This document shows, in pieces, positions 17,314 through 25,289 of a stretch of DNA of 64,000 bases (positions are counted from its first letter, which is position 1; each line of letters begins with the position of its first letter). The stretch comes from an uncultured delta proteobacterium (GTDB taxonomy: Bacteria > Myxococcota > Myxococcia > Myxococcales > Myxococcaceae): positions 3,584,001 through 3,648,000 of the forward strand of contig CAWCKH010000004.1 of the NCBI GenBank assembly GCA_963796055.1, given 5' to 3'. Under the pieces are notes generated by a model. The model made no database searches and was not told the origin of the DNA. It worked only from the letters and a program-made list of their open reading frames with translations. The position numbers and the translations under genes are program-made.

Positions 17314-18288
17314 ATGTCGGAGGAGCGGCTGCGGTACCTCGCTGAGGCGGATGTGCGCGCGGCGGGGCCGCCGCTGCCGGAGCTCGTCCGGGCCCTCGAG
17401 GCGGCCTTTCGTGACCTGGGGGAGGGCCGAGCCGAGGTGCCAGCGAAGCTCGGCGTGCATCCGTCGGCCGGCTCCTTCTTCCACGCCATGCCAGCGCTGT
17501 GGCTGGGAGCATCCGCCGCGGCGGTCAAGTGGGTGGGCTCCTTCCCGGGGAATCGGAGCCGTGGCCAGCCGAGCATCTCGGCGCTGCTCGTCCTGAGCGA
17601 TCCGGACGACGGCCGGCCGCTGGCGATCATGGACGCACGCTGGCTCACCGTGCAACGCACGGCGGCGTGCTCCGCGCTCTCGGCGAGGTTCCTTGCCCGG
17701 CCCTCGGCGCGCAGCCTCGGAGTGCTGGGGTGCGGGCTCCAGGCGCGAGCGCACGTGGAGGCGTTCCGGGCGCTCCTTCCGCTCGAACGGGTGCGGGCGT
17801 TCGACCGTCACCCGGAGCGGGCAGCCGCGTTCGCCGAGGAGGTCGCGCGTGCGCACGGCGTCGATGCCAGCGCGCATGCCTCGGTGCAGGAGGTGGTGGA
17901 GGACATGGACGTCGTCTTGACCGCGGGCGCCATCGGCACCCTTCCGGACCCGCCCATCGCCGCGGGCTGGCTCGCGCCGGGAGCCTTCGCCTGCAGCATC
18001 GATTACGCGAGCCCCTGGAGCGGGGGTGCGCTTCGCGAGCTCGATCTGGTGTCCACGGACGACCGGGCGCAGCTCGAGGCGGCGCGGAAGACCGGGCCTC
18101 TGGCCCGGCTCCCACCCGTGCACGCCGACCTCGCCGAGCTGGTCACCGGGCGCAGGACGGGGCGAACGGCCGAAGCCCAGCGCACGATGGCGTGCAACCT
18201 CGGATTCGCGCTCGCCGACCTCGCCGCGGCGGCGCTCGTGGTCCGGCGTGCCCGGGACGCCGGGCTGGGGACCCTCCTTCCCCTCTGA
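17314..18288 (+). CDS. Ornithine cyclodeaminase / mu-crystallin family protein
   Basis: HAMPA, AVKWV, LTVQRTAA, GCGLQA Rossmann motif, GFALADLA; AGGAGG RBS. Confidence 0.9.
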   Translation: MSEERLRYLAEADVRAAGPPLPELVRALEAAFRDLGEGRAEVPAKLGVHPSAGSFFHAMPALWLGASAAAVKWVGSFPGNRSRGQPSISALLVLSDPDDGRPLAIMDARWLTVQRTAACSALSARFLARPSARSLGVLGCGLQARAHVEAFRALLPLERVRAFDRHPERAAAFAEEVARAHGVDASAHASVQEVVEDMDVVLTAGAIGTLPDPPIAAGWLAPGAFACSIDYASPWSGGALRELDLVSTDDRAQLEAARKTGPLARLPPVHADLAELVTGRRTGRTAEAQRTMACNLGFALADLAAAALVVRRARDAGLGTLLPL

Positions 18289-18309
18289 ACGCTCACCGAT
18301 GGGTGGCGT

Positions 18310-18540
18310 TCACTCGGGCATGGGCGAGGTCACCAGCAGCGCCTCGTCCGAACCCGGCCCCACGTCGATTCCCGCCGCCGCCTCGTGCATCGAGGGAGGC
18401 ACGTATCCACTGACCGAGGAGGTCGCCTCCGGTGCCGCCGGGTGAACCCCCGCGGTCGCCAGGGTGACGAGCGCCGTCACCGACAGGAACCCCAACAGCA
18501 CGTTCCGCACCCACCTCGGCCCATCATTCGCATTGCTCAT
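18310..18540 (-). CDS. Small membrane/secreted peptide, paralog 3 (76 aa; GIDVGPGSDEALL motif)
   Basis: GGAGGA RBS, hydrophobic helix, conserved C-terminal motif. Confidence 0.8.
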   Translation of the reverse strand: MSNANDGPRWVRNVLLGFLSVTALVTLATAGVHPAAPEATSSVSGYVPPSMHEAAAGIDVGPGSDEALLVTSPMPE

Positions 18541-18597
18541 CGCCGTTCCTCCAGCACGGGCGCCGTGTCCAGTCGGTCGCCCTCATGCAGGCACGGC

Positions 18598-18612
18598 TGC
18601 AGAGTCGGTGCC
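18598..18612 (-). promoter_or_regulatory. Putative sigma54 -24/-12 promoter of paralog 3
   Basis: GGCAC-cgactc-TGCA (GG-N10-GC), 58 nt upstream of ATG. Confidence 0.7.
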
Positions 18613-18782
18613 TCGCGCAAGTGCCCGGGCTCAGCGCAGGCTCAACACGGTGGTGTGACTTCGCAGGCTGCAGCCGCGCGGAGGATGTCGCGGCGGCGGC
18701 AACCGCACGCCTCGTGCGGCGCGCGATCGCACACAGCGCCGTGTCGCAGAGAGGCCCCTGAACGCGCAGGGACGAGCACCCG

Positions 18783-19775
18783 TCAGAGCGGGCGGCGCAG
18801 GACCCGCGACAGCTCGCCGATGATGCCCCGGCGGAACGCCAGCACGCAGACCACGAACAGCGCACCCTCCACCACCGTCACCCAGCCGCCGAGCTGGGCC
18901 AGGTAGCTCTCCACACAGACGATCACCACCGCGCCGACGATGGGGCCGAACACCGTCCCCAGGCCCCCGAGCAGCACCATGAGAATCACCTCGCCCGAGG
19001 TTCCCCAGTGCACGTCGGTCAGCGAGGCCAGCTCGAAGACGATGGACTTGGTGCCACCGGCAAGCCCGGAGAGCGCCGCCGAGAGCACGAAGGCGATGAG
19101 CTTGTACTGGTCGGACTTGTAGCCGAGCGACACCGCCCGCGGCTCGTTCTCGCGCACCGCCTTGAGCACCTGCCCGAAAGGCGAATGGACGACCCGGAAG
19201 ATGAAGAAGAAGCCGAAGAGGAAGATCGCCAGGACGACGAAGTACATCGCCAGGTCGTTCTCCAGTGACAGCAACCCGAGCAGCTTCCCGCGCGGCACTC
19301 CCTGGATGCCGTCCTCGCCGCCGGTGAAGGGGGCGCGAAGGCAGAAGAAGTAGAACATCTGCGCGAGCGCCAGGGTGATCATCGCGAAGTAGATCCCCTG
19401 GCGGCGGATGGCGAGCCACCCCACCGCCAGCCCCAGCAGGGCGGCGGTGACGGTCCCGGTGAGCACCGCCAGCTCGAAGGGCAGCCCCCAGACCTTCGCC
19501 GCATGGGCCGCCAGGTACCCCGCGCCCCCGAAGAACAGCGCGTGCCCGAACGAGAGCAGGCCCACGTACCCGATGAGGAGGTTGAACGCGCAGGCGAACA
19601 GCGCCCAGCACAGCATCTTCATCAGGAACACCGGGTAGACGACGAACGGCGCCCCCAGGGCCAGGACGATCAGGATCGCCATCGGGATGCGCAGGGAGCG
19701 GAGCTCCTCCCTCGCCTTGGTACGGTCGCGGATGCCGGCGCTCGTCTCCGCCCCGGTTGCCCCGTGCGCGGTCAC
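18783..19775 (-). CDS. livM: Branched-chain amino acid-type ABC transporter permease (LivM-like)
   Basis: GYVGLLSFGHA, YFAMITLA, TGGEDG, AVRENE motifs; GTG start overlaps livH stop. Confidence 0.9.
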   Translation of the reverse strand: MTAHGATGAETSAGIRDRTKAREELRSLRIPMAILIVLALGAPFVVYPVFLMKMLCWALFACAFNLLIGYVGLLSFGHALFFGGAGYLAAHAAKVWGLPFELAVLTGTVTAALLGLAVGWLAIRRQGIYFAMITLALAQMFYFFCLRAPFTGGEDGIQGVPRGKLLGLLSLENDLAMYFVVLAIFLFGFFFIFRVVHSPFGQVLKAVRENEPRAVSLGYKSDQYKLIAFVLSAALSGLAGGTKSIVFELASLTDVHWGTSGEVILMVLLGGLGTVFGPIVGAVVIVCVESYLAQLGGWVTVVEGALFVVCVLAFRRGIIGELSRVLRRPL

Positions 19776-20659
19776 GTGGTCCTCCCGAAGAGCCCGGCCG
19801 GCTTCACCAGCAGCACCAGGGCCATGATCACGAACACCACCGTGTTCGACGCCTCCGGGTAGTAGACCTTGGTCAGCCCCTCGATGACCCCCAGCCCGAA
19901 GCCGGTGATGATCGAGCCGAGGATCGACCCCATCCCGCCAATGACCACCACCGCGAACACCACGATGATCAGGTCGGCGCCCATCAGCGGATTGACCCGG
20001 TAGATGGGTGCGGCCATCACCCCCGCCAGCGCGGCCAGCGCCACGCCCAGCCCGTAGGTGATGGTGATGAGGCGCGGGACGTTGATCCCGAACGCCTGGA
20101 CCAATAGTGGATTCTCGGTGGCGGCGCGCAGGTACGAGCCCATCCGGGTGCGCTCGGTCACGAACCAGGTCAGCGCGCAGATCAGCACCGAGACCAGCAC
20201 CACCCAGGCCCGGTAGTTGGGGAGGAACATGAAGCCCAGGCTCTTCCCCCCGCTGAGCTGCGGCGGGATCTCGTATGGCTCGCCCGAGACCCCGAAGTAG
20301 TTGCGGGCGACGCCCTGGATGACCAGCGCCAGGCCGAAGGTGAGGAGCAATCCGTAGAGCGGATCGAGCCCGGCGATCCGCTTGATCATCGTCTTCTCGA
20401 TGAGCATCCCGAAGGCGCCCACCACGATGGGAGAGATGAGCAGCGCCGGCCAGTACCCGATGCCCAGGTGCTCGAGCATCAGCCATGCCACCAGCGCCCC
20501 GAGCATGTACAGGGCGCCGTGGCAGAAGTTGATGACGTTCAGCAGCCCGAAGATGATCGCCAGGCCGAGGCTGAGCAGCGCGTAGAACGAGCCGTTGATC
20601 AGCCCCACCAGGAGCTGGCTGAACAGCGCCTGCACCGGCACTCCGAAGACGGTGGTCAT
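19772..20659 (-). CDS. livH: ABC transporter permease (LivH-like)
   Basis: GLAIIFG, INFCHG, FAVVVIGGMGS, KPAGLFG. Confidence 0.9.
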   Translation of the reverse strand: MTTVFGVPVQALFSQLLVGLINGSFYALLSLGLAIIFGLLNVINFCHGALYMLGALVAWLMLEHLGIGYWPALLISPIVVGAFGMLIEKTMIKRIAGLDPLYGLLLTFGLALVIQGVARNYFGVSGEPYEIPPQLSGGKSLGFMFLPNYRAWVVLVSVLICALTWFVTERTRMGSYLRAATENPLLVQAFGINVPRLITITYGLGVALAALAGVMAAPIYRVNPLMGADLIIVVFAVVVIGGMGSILGSIITGFGLGVIEGLTKVYYPEASNTVVFVIMALVLLVKPAGLFGRTT

Positions 20660-20678
20660 CGGCCTGGCGGAGCGAGGG

Positions 20679-21884
20679 CTACTTCTTGGCGACCAGCGGG
20701 CACTCGCCTTGGTCCAGTGGACGGAATGCCTCGGCGGCGGGGATCTCGTGGATCAGCTTGTAGTAGTCCCATGGTCCCTTGGACTCGGAGGGCTTCTTCA
20801 CCTCGTAGAGGTACATGGGATGGATCTTCCGGCCGTCGGCACGGATGGTGCCCTTGCCGAAGAGGGGGTCGTCCGTCGGCATCGCCTTCATCTTGGCCAC
20901 CACCGCCTTGCCGTCCTGGTCCGACTTGAGGGCCTGCACCGCCTTCAGGTAGTGCAGCACGCCGGCGTAGACGCCAGCCTGGACCATGGTGGGCATGCTG
21001 CCCCCGTGCCGCGCGGCGAACTTCTTCGACCAGGCGCGGGTCTTGTCGTCCCGGTCCCAGTAGAAGGCGGAGGTCAGCTGCAGGCCGTTGGCGGCCTTGA
21101 GACCCAGAGCGTGAATGTCGCTGATGAAGACCAGCAGACCGGCCAGCTTCTGGCCGCCCTGGACGATGCCGAACTCGGCTGCGGACTTGATGGAGTTGAT
21201 GGTGTCGCCGCCGGCGTTGGCCAGGCCGATGATCTTCGCCTTCGAGGCCTGGGCCTGGAGCAGGAAGGAGGAGAAGTCGGAGGTGTTCAGCGGGTGGAGC
21301 ACCGAGCCGAGAACCTTGCCGCCGTTGGCCTCCACCACCGCGCGGGTGTCCTTCTCCAGCGCCTTGCCGAAGGCGTAGTCCGCGGTGAGGAAGAACCAGG
21401 TGTTACCCCCGGCCTTCACCACGGCCTTGCCGGTGCCGTTGGCCAGCGACCAGGTGTCGTAGGTCCAGTGGACGGTGTTGGGGGTGCAGGCCTTCCCGGT
21501 GAGGTCGGAGGTCGCCGCGCCCGAGTCGATGAAGACCTTGTTCTTGTCCGCGGTGATCTTGGCGAGGGCCAGCGCCACGCCCGAGTTGGGGACGTCGACG
21601 ACGACGTCCACCCCGTCCACGTCGTACCACTTGGTGGCGATGCCCGAGCCGATGTCCGGCTTGTTCTGGTGATCGGCGCCGATGACCTGGATCGGCATCC
21701 CCGCCACCTTGTTGCCGAACTCCTCGGCCGCCATCTTCGCGGCCTCCACCGAGCCGGAGCCGCTGAGGTCCGCATAGAGCCCGGACATGTCGTTGAGGAC
21801 GCCGATCTTCACCACCTTCTCCTGGGCCATCGCGGCCAGGGGCAGAAGACAGGTGAGGGCGAGAAGCCGTGAAGCGATTCGCAT
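20679..21884 (-). CDS. ABC transporter substrate-binding protein (Liv/PBP1 type)
   Basis: Signal peptide, KIGVLNDMSG, ADHQNKPD, TADYAFG. Confidence 0.92.
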   Translation of the reverse strand: MRIASRLLALTCLLPLAAMAQEKVVKIGVLNDMSGLYADLSGSGSVEAAKMAAEEFGNKVAGMPIQVIGADHQNKPDIGSGIATKWYDVDGVDVVVDVPNSGVALALAKITADKNKVFIDSGAATSDLTGKACTPNTVHWTYDTWSLANGTGKAVVKAGGNTWFFLTADYAFGKALEKDTRAVVEANGGKVLGSVLHPLNTSDFSSFLLQAQASKAKIIGLANAGGDTINSIKSAAEFGIVQGGQKLAGLLVFISDIHALGLKAANGLQLTSAFYWDRDDKTRAWSKKFAARHGGSMPTMVQAGVYAGVLHYLKAVQALKSDQDGKAVVAKMKAMPTDDPLFGKGTIRADGRKIHPMYLYEVKKPSESKGPWDYYKLIHEIPAAEAFRPLDQGECPLVAKK

Positions 21885-21922
21885 GAGGACGCTCCTGGGG
21901 CGAGGGGAGTGAGAGGAGACGG

Positions 21923-22672
21923 CTAGACACCGAGGTACGTCTGCAGCTGGGGCAAGCTCGACTGAAATCGGTCGGCGGGAATCTGGTCCACCACGCGGCC
22001 GCGGTCCATCACGTAATGACGGTCCGCGATGGACGAGGCGAACTTGAGGTTCTGTTCCACCAGAAGGATGGTGAAGCCTTCGGTCTTGAGCCGGCGGATA
22101 GTGGCGCCGATCTGCTGGACGATGACCGGGGCCAGGCCCTCGGTGGGCTCGTCCAGGAGCAGCAGCCGCGCGCCGGTGCGGAGGATGCGGCCGATGGCCA
22201 GCATCTGCTGTTCTCCGCCCGAAAGCTTCGTCCCCTGGCTGCCCATCCGCTCCCGGAGGTTGGGGAACAGCTCCAGCACCGCGTTGAGCGGCATGCCCCC
22301 TGGCCTGACCGGCGGCGGGAGCAAAAGGTTCTCCTCCACCGTCAGGCTGGCGAAGATGCCCCGCTCCTCCGGGCAGATCTCCATCCCCAGCCGGGCAATC
22401 CGGTGCGGGGGGAGCCCGATGGTCTCGTTGCCCGCCAGCACCACCGAGCCCTCGCGGCGCGGCACCATCCCCATCAGCGAGCGCAGGGTGGTGGTCTTGC
22501 CTGCCCCGTTCCGGCCCAGCAAGGTCACCAGCTCGCCGGGAAGGATCTCGAAGTTGACGCCGTGGAGGATGTGGGACTCGCCGTACCAGGCCTGCAGCCC
22601 CTCGACGTGGAGGAGCGGCCGGGTTCCCGCCTCGGGCGCCGGGCCCGTGCTGGCCATGGCGAGCTCAGGCAT
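21923..22672 (-). CDS. livF: ABC transporter ATP-binding protein (LivF-like)
   Basis: GRNGAGKT, LSGGEQQ, LLLDEPTEGL. Confidence 0.92.
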   Translation of the reverse strand: MPELAMASTGPAPEAGTRPLLHVEGLQAWYGESHILHGVNFEILPGELVTLLGRNGAGKTTTLRSLMGMVPRREGSVVLAGNETIGLPPHRIARLGMEICPEERGIFASLTVEENLLLPPPVRPGGMPLNAVLELFPNLRERMGSQGTKLSGGEQQMLAIGRILRTGARLLLLDEPTEGLAPVIVQQIGATIRRLKTEGFTILLVEQNLKFASSIADRHYVMDRGRVVDQIPADRFQSSLPQLQTYLGV

Positions 22673-23438
22673 GTTCGGACCCCATGTAGGCCTGGATGAC
22701 GTCCTTGTTCTTGGAGACCGCGGCGTAGTCGCCCTCGGCCAGCACCTCGCCGCGGGCGAGCACGGTGATGATGTGCGAGAGGTTGGCGACCACGTTCAGG
22801 TTGTGCTCGACCATCAGCACCGTCCGGCTGGCGCCCACGCGCTGGATGAGGGTGGCAATCCGGTTCACGTCCTCGTGGCCCATTCCGGCGGTGGGCTCGT
22901 CCAGCAGCAGCAGCTCGGGGTCCAGCGCCAGGGTGGTGGCGATCTCCAGGGCGCGCTTGCGGCCGTAGGACAGCTCCACCGCCTGCGTGTGCAAAAAGTC
23001 TTGCAGACCCACCGCCTCGGCCAGCTCGAGCGCCCGCGGCTCGAGGTCCTTGAGCGCCCGCTCCGAGCGCCAGAAGTCGAAGGACTGGCCGCGCTTCCGC
23101 TGCAGCGCCACCCGGATGTTCTCCAGCACGGTCAGGTGGGGGAACACCGCCGAGATCTGGAACGAGCGCACCACGCCGCGTCGGGCCACGTCGGCCGGTC
23201 GGTCGGAAGTGATGTTCTGCCCCTTGAACTTGATGGTGCCGGCGGAGGGCGTGAGGAACTTGGTCAGCAGATTGAAGCAGGTCGTCTTGCCTGCGCCGTT
23301 CGGGCCGATCAACGCGTGAATGCTTCCGGCGCGGACGGTGAGGCTCACGTTCTTCACCGCCACGAACCCGCGGAATTCCTTGGTGAGACCTTGGGTCTCG
23401 AGAAGCGGCTCACCAGTCTGACGCGCTGAATCGAGCAT
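22665..23438 (-). CDS. livG: ABC transporter ATP-binding protein (LivG-like)
   Basis: GPNGAGKTT, LSYGRKR, LLLDEPTAG; start uncertain. Confidence 0.92.
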   Translation of the reverse strand: MLDSARQTGEPLLETQGLTKEFRGFVAVKNVSLTVRAGSIHALIGPNGAGKTTCFNLLTKFLTPSAGTIKFKGQNITSDRPADVARRGVVRSFQISAVFPHLTVLENIRVALQRKRGQSFDFWRSERALKDLEPRALELAEAVGLQDFLHTQAVELSYGRKRALEIATTLALDPELLLLDEPTAGMGHEDVNRIATLIQRVGASRTVLMVEHNLNVVANLSHIITVLARGEVLAEGDYAAVSKNKDVIQAYMGSEHA

Positions 23439-23525
23439 GTGCGCTGACCTAGAAAAACGGAGGAGGGCGCAGCAAGACACGTTGCGTCGCCCAGGTCGAG
23501 CGCTTCCGACGCGGGACGAGCCCGC

Positions 23526-25289
23526 TCAGCGTTCGGTGACGTACAGCCCCGGAGCGTCCGCCAGCGGCGGGTACTCCTCGCTCCCGATCATCGCCGGAGG
23601 TGGCCGGCGCTCCCCGGCCCGGGCTTCGATCCATCGGGCCCAGGCGTGCCACCAGGTGTCCGTGTGGCGCGTCGACGCAATGCGCCATGCCTCCGGCGAC
23701 TCGTGGAGATGCTCGTGCAGCCAGTAAGCGGCACTCTTGCTCGGCGGGTTCACCACCCCGGCGATGTGGCCCGAGCTGCTCAGCACGAACTGGACCTTCC
23801 CCCCCAGCAGGCTCGTGGTCCGGAAGGCCGCCCGCCACGGGGTGATGTGGTCCTCCACGGCGGCGACGATGAACGTGTCCTGCTCGATGGAGGAGAGGCG
23901 GAGCCGCTGCCCGCGGACGACCATCTCGTCGCGGGCGAGCGCGTTGTCCAGGTAGCAGCCACGCAGGTACTCGGAGAGGAGCCGGGCCGGGATGCGCGTG
24001 CCGTCGTCGTTCCAGGCCAGCAGGTCGAAGCCGGGCGGTTCCTCGCCCATCATCCACGCCGAGCCGAAGTAGTTGAAGTACAGGTCGTTGGGGCGGAGCA
24101 GGTTGAAAGTGCGGGCCATCTCGAACGACTCGAGGAGGCCAGTGCGCTGCACCCGGCGGAGGAGGCGCTCGATGGTGGGCCGGTCGGTGAACGCTCCCAG
24201 CGGGCCGGGGTCGCTGAAGTCCACCAGGGTGTTCATCAGGGTCAGCGAGTTGAGCGAGCGGTCCCCGATGGCCTCGAGGTACGCGGCGAGCATCGTGGCC
24301 AGCGTGCCGCCCACGCACAGGGCGGCGACGTTGACCTTCGGCGCACCGGTGATCTCCTTGACCACCCGCAGTGCCTCCAGCGGACCCTCGACGAGGTAGT
24401 CCCCGTACCCCACATCACGCAGGCTCTGGTCCGGGTTCCGGTAGCTCATGCAGAACGTGGTGTGGCCGTTCTTCACCGCCCACTCCACGAAGCTGCGGCC
24501 GGGGGCGAGGTCCATGATGTAGTACTTGTTGATGAACGGCGGGCTGCAGAGGAGTGGGACGGAGAACGTGGTCTCGGTCTGCGGCGAGTACTGGATCAGC
24601 TCGAAGAGCCGGTTCCGGTAGACGACTTTCCCCGGCGTCGCCGCCAGGTTCTTGCCCACCTCGAAGCCGGAGTGGTCCACCAGCCGCGGCCAGCCCTCGC
24701 GGGTGCGGAGGTCGTCGAGCCACTTGCGCAGCCCCCGCACCGCGCTCAGCCCGCCGGACTCGAAGGCTCGCCGCAGCGCGACCGGGTTGGTGAGGAAGAA
24801 GTTGGTGGGGGCGAAGGCGTCCACCAGCAGCTGGCTCGCCATGCTTGCCTTTCGGGTGGAGACCTCGCCCAGTCCGGCGGCGGCGAGGAGGTCGCGGGCG
24901 AGTTGCTCGCGGAGCAGGTGCTGCTGGAGCAACCAGAAGAAGAGCGCGTTCTCGTTCCAGATCCGGTCGCCGAACCGCCGGTCCTTGGCCGGGATCGGCA
25001 TCGGGCCCTCGGCGGTGGCGCCCACCGCGCGGCCCGCGCTCACCCCCGCGGCGACCAGTGCGCCGTTCGCCCAGCGCACCAGAGCCCTGGCGGTGGCGAG
25101 CGGATGCCGTGCCAGCCCCGCGGCCTCGATGCTCAGGGCCCGGCCGAAGCCCACCGGGTCCACCCGATCGAGGAGCTCGTCCACCGCCCGGCGCAGCCCG
25201 CCGCGCACCTTGCTCGGAGGAGCGGGGGAGGGCAGCGGCGGCTCGACGTCGACCGGCGGGGCGCGCTGCGGAAGCTCGAGCACCTTCAT
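23526..25289 (-). CDS. phaC: Polyhydroxyalkanoate synthase (class I/II-type)
   Basis: DRRF, APTNF, FEVGKNLAATPG, PPFINKYYIMDL, catalytic ALCVGG, LRPNDL, EDHITPW, SSGHIAGVVNPP. Confidence 0.95.
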   Translation of the reverse strand: MKVLELPQRAPPVDVEPPLPSPAPPSKVRGGLRRAVDELLDRVDPVGFGRALSIEAAGLARHPLATARALVRWANGALVAAGVSAGRAVGATAEGPMPIPAKDRRFGDRIWNENALFFWLLQQHLLREQLARDLLAAAGLGEVSTRKASMASQLLVDAFAPTNFFLTNPVALRRAFESGGLSAVRGLRKWLDDLRTREGWPRLVDHSGFEVGKNLAATPGKVVYRNRLFELIQYSPQTETTFSVPLLCSPPFINKYYIMDLAPGRSFVEWAVKNGHTTFCMSYRNPDQSLRDVGYGDYLVEGPLEALRVVKEITGAPKVNVAALCVGGTLATMLAAYLEAIGDRSLNSLTLMNTLVDFSDPGPLGAFTDRPTIERLLRRVQRTGLLESFEMARTFNLLRPNDLYFNYFGSAWMMGEEPPGFDLLAWNDDGTRIPARLLSEYLRGCYLDNALARDEMVVRGQRLRLSSIEQDTFIVAAVEDHITPWRAAFRTTSLLGGKVQFVLSSSGHIAGVVNPPSKSAAYWLHEHLHESPEAWRIASTRHTDTWWHAWARWIEARAGERRPPPAMIGSEEYPPLADAPGLYVTER

